Shown here piece by piece: positions 10,201-23,945 of a stretch of DNA of 64,000 nucleotides (the stretch's first letter is position 1; each line of letters begins with the position of its first letter). The notes beneath the pieces were generated by a model that saw only the letters and a list, made by a program, of their open reading frames with translations, had not been told where the DNA came from and did no database searches. Position numbers and translations under genes: made by a program. Origin of the DNA: Lama guanicoe (lineage: Eukaryota); contig MU053873.1 of NCBI GenBank assembly GCA_013239625.1, forward strand, positions 882,524 through 946,523, read 5' to 3'.

Positions 10201-13200
10201 ACCCTGGCCCGGAAAGGCCACAGAGGGAAGGCAGAGGCAGGGGCAAAGACAGAGAGAGTGGAGCGTCTGCGGATAAAGGCGGCGCTGCCCACTGGGGATA
10301 GACGGACGGATGGGACAGGGAAGGGGGCTGGGGCTGAGACCTGTCAAGGCTCCTCCCTGGGAGACCAGGTGGCAAAGAGGATTTGGATGGGGTGCCCCCA
10401 CCCCAAAATAATCTCCTGAGTGCCCAGGGCAGGATGAGGCAGCGGGAGGTCAGTGCTGGGCGAGAGCTTACCCAGTGGCTCTTGTCACCAGGGTCTCCTT
10501 TGGGGCCAGGTTCCCCCTGCAGGAGGGAACTAACATGAGATCAAAGCGCAAAAAACAACTGCCAGATGGCAACGGAAAGTGATAAAGAGCAGCCAGAAAC
10601 GGAAAAATACCTGACCCTTGAAAGAAGGGAACCACACTGGGTAACGTCCATGTATTTACGGCTCTTCCTCTAGGGGCTCACCCCAGCCCTCTCCGCCTGG
10701 CACACAGCTCAAGTGGAAAGCTTTAGTCTCATTGGCCTGAGGAGTCAGAGGTTGGGGTTGATATGGCCAGAGGAGGAGGAAACTGAGAGGAAATACTGGC
10801 AAGCAGGGAGCCCGTAGGGGAGCAAACTCTATAAATACTCTTCTCTAATCCTTGGCTGGTCGGTAAAGTCACAAAGTGAGTCCGAGCGACATCCTAAAGC
10901 AAAAATCAACACTTTCCAGAGGAAGATTTCCCCCCACTAAGTCATCTAAAATTGTCCAGTATGCAACACAAAATTATTAGACATGTGAAGAAGCAGAAAA
11001 ATGTGACCTATACTCAAGAGGAAAACCAGTCAGTAGAAACAGATCCATAGCCAACCCAGATGCTGGAATTAGCAGACACAGAGCTTAAAGTATCAATGAT
11101 GAATGTTAAATTTTATGTTAGAGAATCTAGTGGAATTGATATAATGTGTGATGAGATGGGGAATTTCAGGAGGGATGTAAACATGGTAAAACAAACAAAA
11201 AAGAACCAAATAGAAATCCTGGAAATGAAAATGGTAACACTTGAAATAAAAAATTCATGGGGAGGGTAGAGCGCCTACTTAGCTTTCAGGAGGTCCTGGG
11301 TTCAATCCCCAGCACCTCCGTTAGGGAAAAAAAAAGGAAAAGAAAAAATTCATCAGCTGGGATTAACTGAAGATGGGCCATTAACGGAAGAAAGAATCAA
11401 TTAACTTGATGACAGGTGAATGCAATAATTCTAACTGAAGCACCGAGAGAAGATTTTGGGGGGGAGGGGCGGGTAATTAGGTTTATGTATTTACTTATTT
11501 TAATGGAGGTACTGGGGATTGAAGCCAGGACATCCTCGTGCATGCTAAAGCACACACTCTACCACAGAGCTATACCCTCCCCACAAAAAAGATTTTTTGA
11601 AAAAAAAACAGTACAGCCTCAATGACTCACGGGAGCCTCGATTAAGTGTAACTGGAGTCCCAGAAGGAGAGAAGAGAGCACAAGGAACAGAAAAAAAAAA
11701 TTTGAGGATATGTCAACCAGCTTTCTTCCAAATGTGATTGAAAAATAAAACAAAGCAGATTTCTGGTTTGGCGTATAAAGAGCTCAGAAGTCGCCATTCT
11801 GTCCTAACAAGTAAGAAGCCAAACAAACTGAAAAATCAACAACTCTTCTTTGAGGAGCCAAAGCCGTGAGGTCACAGAGCAAACCACTGCCCCCAAAACT
11901 GTAGAGACAGACAGGCGGGTCACAACCGACTGGACCGGAAACCTCCCTGGGACCCACTGCCCAACAGTGAAACCTAAATGTGATGACGAAATTCTGGAGG
12001 CTCAGTGTGCACCACACTGAGAGTTAAAACCTCCAGGGGGACCCAGTCTTTGCAAGGGACTCACACTTTTTTGAGTTTTACCTCCAGGGGCTTGATCTGG
12101 TCCCACTACGAACACTGGAGAAAAGTCCCCAACTGCTTTGGTCAGAGGGAGAGGGGAGAGGAGAGAAGGGAGACGGGAGAGGGGAGAGGACCCACCCTGA
12201 AATACCCCAGAGCATTCTGTTCTTCCTCACAAGGCCGGCCCGCAGGAGAAACTATTTCACCAGAGCCTAACCTGCTGGCGTCTTATCGGTGCCTAATTGA
12301 CGTGGGGGTAGGGACACACCCAACTTTAGCCAATTTTAGCCTTTGCGGGGAGGGAACTATCCCAACTCCAGACCCCTCTGGCCACCTTGTCCCACTTAAG
12401 GGGGAAAAACCAAAACAAAACTGGGAAGAACTGGAGGAGTTCACAGTCCAGGGGCACAGGCCCACCGGAACCCTGAGACCTAATCATACAACAATACATC
12501 ACTGCCTCCCCCACCCCAGCCCCTCACCACTACCTCACTAAAGGCCTGCTGACTGCAGTTTCCTTCACTCAGTACATCACGGCTACCTTTCAGCAAAAAA
12601 TTACAAGGCATATTACAAGGCAAAAAACACAGTTACAAGAGGCCGAATATCAGAACCAGAGTCAGATAGGCCACAAATGTTGGAATTCTCAGACCAAGAA
12701 TTTAAAATAAAAAACAACCATGATTAATATGCTAAGGACTTTCATGGAGAAAACAGACAACGTTTAAGAGCAGATGGCTCATATAAGCAGAGAGATGGAA
12801 ATCCTAAGAATCAAAGAGAAGTGCTGGGATTCAGTTGAAGGTCCTCTTCACAAGGTCAGTTAACTCAGGGCAATTAGATTCTTCCCAGGCCTCTTAAGAA
12901 ATTCTCTAATCCAGAGGGTGAGGACAGCTCAGTGGTACGCTGCGTGCCTAGCATGCACGGGGTCCTGGGTTCGATCCCCAGTGCCTCCATTAAGAGAGAA
13001 AGAAATACTCTAATCCTAGCAAAGGCCCTTCTTGCTGGTATCAGAGCCGTGGTCTGTAAACACAAATCCAGCAGAATTTCAGCCATTTATCTCCCAGATC
13101 ACCCCCTCCCTGAAGTTCAACCTAGAACAGGAAAAAATCATGAAAACTCTACCTACAGTCACAAATTCTTCAGTTTCCTGGCCAAGATTTCATGTTCCCT

Positions 13201-16200
13201 CTAAGGTACATTTCAAGGGGTAAGTGACAGGGGAGGAGCACCTGGGGGCTTCAAAGGTACTGATAAGGTTCTATTTCTTGGGGGGTAGGTGGGTGTAGCT
13301 CAAGTGGTAGAGCACGTGCCTAGCATGCACAAAGCCCTGGGTTCAATCCCCAACGTCTCCTCTAAAAGTAAATAAATAAACCCAATTCCCCATCCCCCAA
13401 AAAGAGCAAAAAAAAAAAAAAAAGATTCTATTTCTTAAGCTTGTTTACTGGACACATGGGTGTAAGATTTAATATTATTAGAGTTTTCATGTTAAAATAT
13501 TTTGCATATGTATTTAAAAGGAAATGAAATACTAGAGATAAAAAGTGTGTTAACAGAATGAAGAATGCCTTTGAAGGACTTATTAGGAGACCAGACATGG
13601 CTGAGGAAAAAAATCTCTGAGCTTGAGAATATGATGATAGAAACTTCTAGAACTGAAAAGCAAAGTGAAAAAAAGACTGAAAAAAGCAGAACAGACACAT
13701 TAGGTACACGGGAAGAACAATAAGTATGACAGCCAGTCTCTCATGAGAAACTGTAACTGTCTACGTGAGCCGGAGACCCCAGAACAACATCTTGAAAGTA
13801 ACAAAGAAAGAGTAAACTGCCAACCTATCATTTTATATCCAGTGAAAATATCTTCCAAAGATGAAGGTTAAACACAGCTTTAGATAAACAAAAGCAGTGA
13901 GGATCTGTTGCCAGCAGACTCACGCTACAAGAAAGGCTAAAGGATGTTCTTTAGGCTGAAGAGGGATGATACTATATGGAAATCTGGACCTAAGGAAGGT
14001 ATAAAGAGTATCAGAAATGATAACTGCATCATTCGATGTAAAAGACTATTTTTCTTTGTTGTTTTTTTAAATACTTCTTTAAAAGTCACCTGGCTGTTTA
14101 AAGCAATAACAAGGTGCTGAGGGTTTATAACAAATGCAGAAGTAAAACATAAGACAGCAGTAGCACAAGGACAGAAGGGGATGAACTGCAGAGTTGTGAC
14201 GATCTTACTTATACATGAAGTGGTATAATAATAATTCAAGCAAATGATGCTAAGCCAAGGATGTGTGTTGTTACCCTTAGAGCAACCAAGGAAAAACTAA
14301 CAGAGAGAGGTGTAGCTAAAAGGTCGTTGTGGAGAGAACACAGAATTGTCAACAATTCTCAATCCAAAAGAAGGCAGGAAAAGAAGAGGAAAAAAAGAAA
14401 TAGAGGAGAGATTGGGGTAAATAGAACAGAAATAGCAAGATGACTGACTTACAGGGAACCATATCAGTAATGATACATACCATTAAATGTAAATGAACTC
14501 AACTTTTTTTTTTAAGTAAGATTCAAGCATGTGTCCTTTTTTTTTTTTTTTTTGACAAGAGGCACTTTAAATGGAAAGACTTGTGGGGAGGGTATAGCTC
14601 GGTGACAGAGCGCATGCTTAGCACACACAAGGTCCTGGGTTCAATTCCCAGTACCTCCTCTGAAAATAAATAATAAACCTAATTACCTCCCCCACCCCAG
14701 AAAAAGGAAAAACCAATGACTCAAAAGCAAAAGGACTGGAAAAGATACGCCATGCAAAACAAAGTGTAAGAAAGCTGGTATGGCTATTTATTTATTATTT
14801 TTTTTAATGGAGGTACTGAGGATTGAACCCAGGACCTCATGCATTCTAAGCATGTGCTCTACCACTGAGCTATAACCATCCCCACAGCCACAGGTGTGGC
14901 TGTTTTAATATTAAACAAAGTAGAATTCAAGACAAAGATTATTTTCAGAGGGAAAGCTATCCACCTCACAAAGATAAAAGGACCAAGAAGACATTACAAT
15001 CTTGAATATGTATGCACCTAATAACAGAGTTTGAAAGTACATGAAGCAAAAACTGACCAAACTAAAGGGAGAAATAGCCAATCTACAATCCTAGCTGGAG
15101 AGATGGAGAGGAAAATAAGAGTCAGAGAGATGCAGACAGAGGTAATGACAGAGAAAGAGAAACAGGTACAGAGACACAGAGCAGGAGTGAAGGAGACGGA
15201 GAGGCCTGATTCTAAGAGGCTGATGGGACCCTGAGACAGGGGGCAAGAAAGGAGATGGGCCATACAGGACCTGGACCAGACAGGGAAGGTCAGGGGCTCT
15301 GGCCACAGGGGATGGAGCCAGAGCAGGGGTCTGGGCCTGTGGGATCCAGGCTGGGCAACATCACTTACCCGCTGCCCCATGGAGCCTTGAGGGCCGGGCT
15401 CCCCACGCAGTCCCTGTACAGGAGAGGAGAGGAATGGAGTCAGCTGTCAGAGGGTCTGACCCAGGGTCCCCAGGACTCCCCAGAATCCCCCACCCAAAGC
15501 CACCTCAATACTCACTCTCTCGCCCTTCTCTCCTGGGTGGCCAGAGATTCCTTTGGGTCCAGAGGGGCCTGGAGGTCCCTGAGCAACAAGACAGGACCTC
15601 AGCCTTGCGCTGGGGCCAGGTAGAGTGGGCAGGGACTCAGGGGACAGGGAGGTGTGGGAGGGAGCCCCAGCTTGGCTTGGACCCCTGGGTCCTTCACCAC
15701 ACACCCAATGCCCAGCACACAGTGGGGAAGCTGCCACATGCTGGCCCCAGCCGAACAGCAAGAATCTCCACCTTTCTTGGCCTTAGGTGATAACAATACT
15801 TGCTTCTTGTTACATGGATTGAATAAGAAGATTTATGAAAAGTAGTCTGTATATTAAGTTCTCCATAAATGCTTGAATGAATGAATGAAAGGATGGATGA
15901 ATAGATGATGGATAGATGGGTGGGTGGGTAACCATGTGAATAGATTGGTGGGTTGGGTGGGTGGGTAGATGGATGGACAGATGGATGGAGTACTTGGAGA
16001 CATACTCACCATGTGTCCAGGACTCCCAGGGATGCCCATGGGACCAGGAGGTCCAGGAGGACCTGGAACAAGACAGGATGTCCTCAGGACCAAAACAGTG
16101 CAATGCCAGAAAGTCCACCACCAGCTCCCTCCTGCCAGCCAGCCCCGGTCTCTCTGCCATCCCTCAGCCCTGCCCCGCACCCTAGACCTGGACTCAACTT

Positions 16201-19200
16201 ACCCATGGGCCCTGGGGGGCCGGCCGGTCCCTGGGGCCAGTGGCTGCTGGTCTCAGTGAAGGTGTTGGACAGGAATGGGTCCCCTGGGGGAGAAAAGATG
16301 ATGGCTGAACAGGGCTGGGCTGGCCAGGCAGAGTGGGCAGTCAGTTTTAACCTGCCACTCCTGCCCTGTGGGACAGCCTGCAGTGTGGCTGGGGCCACCG
16401 GACACCTGCTCCAAGGTGGATGGAAGGGGACTGGGGGGACTGTCGGCCATACTGGACCAGGAGGCAGGGAGGCCTGGATTCTAACTCTGCCAGAATCTAG
16501 CCAGTGACATTGAGCAGAACTCTCCCTTGCTGAGCCTGTCACATGTCTAATGGGGACAATAATTAAAGCTACCATTTTATGGCACCTACTTTGTGCCAAG
16601 CTGCTGTGCATGGTGTCACAGAGCTCTGGGAGGCCCGCACGGTCACTGTCCCCATCGTACAGATGGGGAAGCTGAGGCTCAGAGTGGGAGGATGAATGGG
16701 AGGATGAATGAATGGTGCCCGGCCATGCACCAAAGATGTGCCGCAGATGCGGTTGAACCTGGCACTCAAAGCCCTTGACCCCTGGCAGCAGGCATGTAGG
16801 TCAGGCTTCAGAGAAGGTGAAGGATGCCCTCAGGGCCCAGCTGGGTGGAGGGGCTGGGCCTCTCTAAGCACAAGGGCAAGGCTGTGGCCTTCGGCATTCA
16901 GGGCTTACTTCCCGTGGCCAGGCCTTGAGCTTCCTGGTGCTCTGAGGGCTGCACCCTGGACAGCTCCAAGGCTTGGTGGGAGGGCTGGATGCTGGTGGTT
17001 CCCAGCACAAGCTCTTGAGGCGGCATGGATTTGAAGCCGCGCCCCCCATGTCCTGACTGTGTGACGTCCCCTCTCTGGGCCTTGGTTTTCCTCATCAGGG
17101 AGCACCCATCAGAGGATTAGGTGACATGCAGCCCGAGGGCAAGCCTGGTATACAGGAGGTGTCTGGTAGACAGTCATGCCAGCCCCACTCCACCACCACC
17201 TCGACCTGCTGTGACCCCGAGGGACTCACCATGCTGGGAGATCCGGGCGTAGGGTGGTCCAACAGGGGCTGGGGGGCCAGGAGGCCCTGGAGGCCCCGGG
17301 GGGCCTGGAGGTCCCCTCTCTCCAGGGGTGCCCACAGCTCCAGCCTGGCCAGGGCTCCCTGGGGGACCCTGCAGACCTGCAATGAAACCAGGGGGTCTGG
17401 TGGGTGTGCAGAAGGCACAGTGGCCCAGGGAGGCTGCAAGGAGAGGGGGACCAGGTGGCCTGGGGCAGCAGGCACATGAGGGCTCCAGAGGCCACAGGCC
17501 AGGGCAGGTCCTGGCTCTGACTTCCTGGCCATTTATGTGGGGGATGAACACAGCCCTCTCCTGGGGCTCCAGGACAGTGGACATTTGGTATACAGTAAGT
17601 GCTTAGCAGATGTTGATTTCCAGAAAATTCTCCTCTCTCCCTTCCAGGTTTTTGCATGAGTCGCGTCCTCTATCAGCTCTCCCTTTGCGCTGCCTGGCAT
17701 GTGCCTGAGGCCTCATCTAAGATGTCACTCCCCCTGGAAGCCCCCCCACCCCCGCAGGGAGGCTGGGTCTGGGCTTCCTTCCCTGGGACTCCCATACTGG
17801 CAACACCCCCATAATAACCCTGGTCACATGGGGTGGACGCTGTTTCTCCTCTGCCTAGGCCCAGCCTCCCTAGCCTCCCCAGTCTGCGAGCCCCAGGAGG
17901 TCAGGGTCTGGTCTGACCCACCCCCTGGGGATAGGTGCCCAGGGAGGACAGGCCGGGGGATGCAAAAGAGAGTCTGGGGAGCCCAGGCAGGAGAGGGGGC
18001 CCTTGGAGGGCTGGTAAGCTGAGAGACAAGGGAGCAGAAGGGGCCCGGGCCACGGCTGACTGTGGCAGGGTCGGGGAAGGAAGGCCCCAGTCTGGGTCCA
18101 CCTGTGGGAGCGGCCAGGGGAGCTGGAGGGGGCAGGGCTTTGGGCACTCACCTGGCGGGCCTCTCATGCCCGTTGGGCCCCGGCTGCCAGGATCTCCCTT
18201 CGGGCCAGTGGGCCCAGGAAGCCCCCGGGCACCAGCTCGATCTGGGGGAGAAGGTTCATCAGGTCCGCAGCCCCGGCCTTGCTCCTGCCCGCCCCGGGCC
18301 CACCCTCAGCCAGCACCTACCATCTCCAGGGAGCAGCGGGGCCCTCGCATTTTCTCTGGCTCCCGGGAGCCCTGGGGTGGGGAAGGCAGTGTCACCAGCG
18401 TTCCTGCTCCCAGTTCCACCAGGACTCCAGTGCTCAGGAGACAACCCCTTAGGCCCACAAGGGGTCAAGCTGGGAGTCAGCAGCAGGGAGGGGGCTGGAA
18501 CCTCACTCCCCAAACTCATTCCCCTGTGGGACTGTGTTCTGCGCTGGCCCACTCACCTCGGAAGCCTCCATCCCCAGGGCTGCCCTGGGCAGCTGGGGAG
18601 CCCCAGAGCGGGGCGGGGTCCTCGGGGGCAGCTGGGGTTGGGGGCACTGCCCGCTCGGTGGCTGTCAGCACCGCCACCTGTGGAGGAAGAGGACGATAGG
18701 GATGGGGTGGGTACCAGGGTCTCACCAGGGACAGGCCAGGGGAGGGGCCCCCACTTGAGGGGCAGGAGGCACATGCAGCCAGCAGAACCCAGCCTGGAGT
18801 GGAGACCCAGGCCCACAGGGGCCCAGAACTTCCTCCGAAGTGACTGTGGTTTTCAAACTGCACAATTCATCACATTCGTTGTAGGAAAGTCATCACCACC
18901 ATCATGGCCACCCACGTTGAATTCTGTGACTGTCCTCGTGTTTGCTGGGCCATGTGGTATTTTCCTATGCTTACCTGGCATGTGAACAAGTATATTTATA
19001 TGTATTTATATGCATAAATAATATGAAACTTCTCTTGATCTGTTAAAGCACCACAGGCTGGAAGAATTTTTTTACATTTGAAGGGAAATTTGAGAGGGTC
19101 TGACATGAAACAGAGGCCCTGAGATGTGGATAAAATCACTTTGGACCCAGTGTGGGGGAGAGGCTGGTGGTGGGCCCTGAGCAGCTGACTGAGGATTACG

Positions 19201-22200
19201 AATGCCCACTGACCGGGGTGGGGGACCGTGGGGGTCCACGGAGAAGTTGAAACTCTCGGGAAGACCCAGAACTGAGAACCATCCCCTAGATCTGAGACTG
19301 AGTTGCCCCTCATGCCAACTGCCCCTGGGAGGGAGCTTGGGGAGTGGGGTGGGGTGTTCCCGGGGTGCTCATACCTTATAATGGGGCTTCTAGCACATGT
19401 TGCTTACAAGTTTGGTTTTTCCACCTGATAGATACCTCAGGGACATCTTTTCACGTTAGAAAACGGAGGTGTTGCTAACAGCTGTCTAGTGTGCCAGGGT
19501 GCCACGCCCCCTCATTATGCAAACACCCCTTCCATTGTTTGGTTTTCAAATTTCCCTCTTAATAGTTAACACTTTAGTAAACACCTTCGCATCTAATCTC
19601 CTTAAGATAAATTCCCAGAGGAGGGAATGATAGAGAAATGGATCTGCAGACGAAGTATAAATGCCTCTATGTGTTTACAAAATCTGGAAGAAAAGATGCT
19701 TAAATGTTGATAATCTCTCTCTCTCAGGGCACAGGTGATTGACTGCTGTCAGTGATTTTCTGGCAGGTTTTTCATGGTTCTGAGTTTTTCATGTTTCTAA
19801 ACATAGAATGTCTTTCGTTTGAATTGTTAAGAACTTTTCATCTGGAAATAATTTGAGATGTGCAATAGATGACAGGGAAGATGGCATTTTGGGGAGGACA
19901 GGGCACGGAGGGGACCCAGCCATGCGTCTCTGGTTGGGACGGGGATGGGGCGCCTGGAGGAAGAGCAGGCCAGGCTGTCTGGCTGTGAGCAGGCTTCCCT
20001 GGAGGGAAGGCTGAAAAAGCGAGATAGGAACCAACGGGAGGGTGGTGCCTCCTGGCAGGAACACTGCTCACCCACCTTGGCCTCCAGCACCTTCAGCCGC
20101 TCCGTCAGCTCCGACACTTTGCTGCAGTTGAGACAACCTATGGGGAGGGAGGAGGCTGGGCCGGGGCTCCTGGGTTCCGCTCGGAGCCCCTCAGCCCCTG
20201 GGCGCGGGATGGTGGGAGAGGACAGATACCTGATGACCCCAACCCATAAGAGAGCCCATCGCAGGGAAGAGGCTATAGAGCCACAGCCTGTCTAGGGTGG
20301 GCCATGTCCTGCAGGGGTCCTTGGCTATGGCGCCCAGAGGGGACTGTTTCTCCCAGAGCAGGACCAGGGATGGGACCGACTCCTGGCAGCCTCCTCATCC
20401 CAGGGACCCCTTTTCCAGAAGCCAGGGTGGGAAAGCCTGTTGCTTCCCACCTGGGCAGGGCTGGCCTCGGCTTGCCGGCTTTGGGGACCGCACATCACAG
20501 TCCAGACTGGGGTGGCCTCAGAGGTGCCACCCTCTGACCCTCCTCCAGAACCACCATCCAGCTCTTCTGGCCTCCTCAGCGATACCCCTAAGTTATTTGT
20601 AAGAATGCCAGGCACCAGCCAGGCCCTCCACAAGCTCATCTCTTTGGTTCCCACCACGACCCTGCATGTTAGGATCAGTGTCACCCCCATTCACACCTGG
20701 GGATGCTGAGCTCACAGCGAGGGTGGAATGACAGGCACGAAGCCAGGGGTCAAGTCCCAGCGCTGCCCCTTCCTGGGTGTGGGGCCTCGGGAAGGGCATG
20801 TCCCCTCTCAAACCCTCAGCTTCCCCCTCTTTAAAGTGGGGACAATGATGCCTTCCTGGGGTGGGGGTACACTGTGAGGTTTAAACGCATTGACAATAGA
20901 AAGCTCCATCAGTGTCTGAAAGATTCTGGGGGTCCTGTGTCTCGGGGTGCCTGGGCCCAGGTTGGACTCCCCTTGAGGGCCCTTCCTCTTCCTCCCCCTC
21001 AAAGTTTTCTTTCCAGCCTGGTGTGGACCAGGGCAGGGCGCTGTCCCTGACCCTCCACTGCTGGGCCCAGATGGCTTTTAGGACGGTCACCACCAGCCCT
21101 TCCAGGTCTCCCCTAGTCCAGAGGGACCCCAATCAGCTGCCCCAGGACCCACCTGAGAAGGCTGTGGGCTGAAGTGCCATCCGCCGCATGGCACTGCCCG
21201 GCCACCCGGGCTCCACGAAGCCAGAGGAGCCTGAAACTGAGGGACAGTGAGGATAAGCACCCTGCTGGCTGTGACGCTTCATTTTGTCCACCCCCCACTC
21301 TCCCACCTGCCACTGTAGCTGCAGCAGGGATCCGTATTCCCCTTAGTGCAGAGGGAGACAGAGGCCCAGAGAGGTGGGGAAGTTTACCTGTGTCACACAG
21401 CATGAACTGGGCTGAGCTGGAACATGGCTGTCAACCTGATGGGCCTGGGAGAGGGGCTGGCAGTGGGTGGGGGCTTCCCAAGCAACCCTAGCCAGCTGCA
21501 TGGATTAAGAGCTTAGAGAGAGGAGATGCAAGGTTGGGGCCCCACCCCACCACTTGCTGACCCGTGCGACTTGCCCTCTCTGAACATCTCTACAAGGGGT
21601 CAGAAGGCCTCTACGCCTCCAATTGGCATGACGCCTGAGGACAGCGATACGTGCAAAGGGCCCACTGTGCGCACGCAGGGCCTGACACGCAGTAGGCACT
21701 CAGTACCGCAGCCACGTCCACCCTCTCTCTGCCCCACTTGGGTAAGAAGACACCCAAGTGGATCCAGCCCTGGTTTTAAATGAAAACCAGAGGGAGGCTG
21801 GCTGCCTGGGAGGGCATGGCGGGGGGGGGGCCGTTCCCGGAGCCCACCCCTGCCACCACCCCTGTGAGGAGCAGGCCGCCCTGGCTGGTCAGGCTTTGGA
21901 AGCCTGGCTTTCTCCACAGCTGGAGGCTTGGGCTAGCCAAGCCAGGGGTGGGGGGCGCAGCTGGAGGGGCTCTGAAGCCAGCAGTGACAATTGCCCCCCT
22001 CTGCACCCCCCCAGGCCTGCCTTTTAAGGCCACGAAGTGTCGCCTGGGGGGAGACAAGGCCCAAATAAGGCATGGGCCTGGCAGCTCAGAGCCAGCCTGT
22101 GGCTTAGTGCAGGGAGAGAGAGGCGCCGGGAACTCAAACCAGACGGGTCCCTCTGGCCAGCCCCCAGAGGGGAGGCTGCCAGGCCCTCTCGGGGTCCCAC

Positions 22201-23901
22201 CACGGGGCCTTCGCTCAGGCTGGGCCCGCAGCCCCAGCAACCCCTCCCTAGGGGCCTGCGACTTGCCCCCTCGCAGGGAGTAAACCCACGGAGGCAGTGG
22301 GCTGGCAGCCCAGGACGGGGACGGGGGATGGTGTGTGTTGGGGGTGCTATGCCACTGGGAGCCATGCCTGGTGCCAGTGCTCCTCGGGGCCCAGCCCGAT
22401 CCCACAAGGTGGATAATAATAATAGTAGCAGCCAATGCTTGTTTAGTGCTTGCTCTGGGCCCAGCCCATCCTGAGCACGTCTCATACACAGCCTCAACTC
22501 ACAAAGCTCCATGAGTGAGTGCTAGTGTCACCTCCGCTTTACAGATCAGGAAACTGAGGCACTGACCACTTCGGTATCACCAGTCCTGTGTCCCTCATGA
22601 TCAAGTAAGTGGATGAGTGAATATAAATATTTCCCTTCAGGGAAACAAGGCAGTGAAGTGACCAGGAGCCCAGGTGATGAAGGCTGGAGCCTGGATTGGA
22701 ACCCAGGAGTTCCGGTCCAGCCTCCTCTCTCCTGGGCCGCCTGGCACCAGGAGTCAGTCCCTAAGTCCCACTGGGCAGGGACAGGGTGACCCGGCGCCCG
22801 TCAGGAACACTGGCTCCTGAGAAGCCCAGCCCCATCCTCTCTGCTCCCAAGTGAAGATGTAAAAGGCCATTTGATGGCTCTTTTCAGGAAGTTGACCAAA
22901 CGAAGCAAGTGGCCGTCCCTCCAGCCCCGTGGAAGTTGGGGTTTTCTCTGAGATGAAGTTTGGCGAAGCATCCGCCCTGCCCGCCCCGCTGTCCTTTTTC
23001 CACGGCACTCTGCACCCCCGACATGCATGTGCTGTGCCAGCTCCCCAGTCTGGTCTTCCGCCCCCCTGGCTGGAACAGGAGCCCCACCAGGCAGGGACTT
23101 CGGCCATATTTCCCTTGACTGGGAAAAGTGCCCGGCGCGCAGTAGGGCCTCAGAGGCCTCAATAAACCTTTTGTTGATGAATGCATGAATCATTGGCAGA
23201 AAATGAATTTAAAACAAGCAAACAAAATTAAAGGCAAAATAATGTGGACAGCAGACACAACGGTTGAAAATGAGTATAAGTGTTCTAACGTCACAATGGG
23301 GTGTCCCTGAGTTATTAATTTGTGAACTTGTGGTTGGAAATTCTTTTTCAACCCATTTGCTTTGGGACATTTCACTGGGAACCAGAGAGAACTAGAAAAA
23401 CTAATGAAAACATGGCCTGACCAGCAGTGCAAAGAAATTGCGAGTTCAAATTTTATAAACAAGAAAAAAAAGTTTAAAGAAATAACAAAAACTGTCAAAA
23501 AGACCACAGAAAAGCTGGCTCTGGATTCAGGATTCACAAAAATCCCCAAACTCCCCCAAATTCTGATAAACAAACAGAAATACTTTAGGGGCTGAACCAG
23601 ATTGTAAATGGTCCAATACCGCACAAAATTCCAGTAGGGGAAAAGCCTAGGGCTGGGGGAGGTCTCGTAAGGGACAAAAATGTCACAGCCCTCCCAGCGG
23701 TGTTGAGTCGGGGCCCCCGGAGCAGGCCCCAGTGGCTGAGAGCCCCCTTCACCCTGGCCTGGTAGTCCTCCCTTTAGGGTCCCTCCCCACCCCCAACCTT
23801 GCCCTCCAAGGAGCTCCCAGTTAGTTCTAGGACCACAAACCCCGGCTCCATTCTGGGACCCTGTGGGCCACTTCCCACCACCTGGGAGGTCCTGGCCATC
23901 C

Positions 23902-23945
<44 letters not shown>

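Larger units (their letters stand above)
10560..15095 (+). mobile_element. Fragmented old L1 (5' region, ORF1, start of ORF2) with nested insertions, filling most of EMID1 intron 12
   Basis: A-rich, with typical L1 ORF1/EN remnants (ttttatatccagtgaaaatatcttcc, aaatgtaaatgaactcaac, tatgtatgcacctaataacagag); frames disrupted. Confidence 0.75.

Noticed and set aside
17935..18985. Long plus-strand ORFs (254 and 307 aa), and similar ones at 26170, 27078 and 63178
   Set aside because: They are antisense shadows of GC-rich exons or low-complexity Pro/Gly/Ala/Arg frames with no recognisable domain.
20066..20075. Alternative donor GTGAG 4 nt downstream of the exon 5 donor
   Set aside because: It would shift the frame; such overlaps are common and there is no evidence of use.
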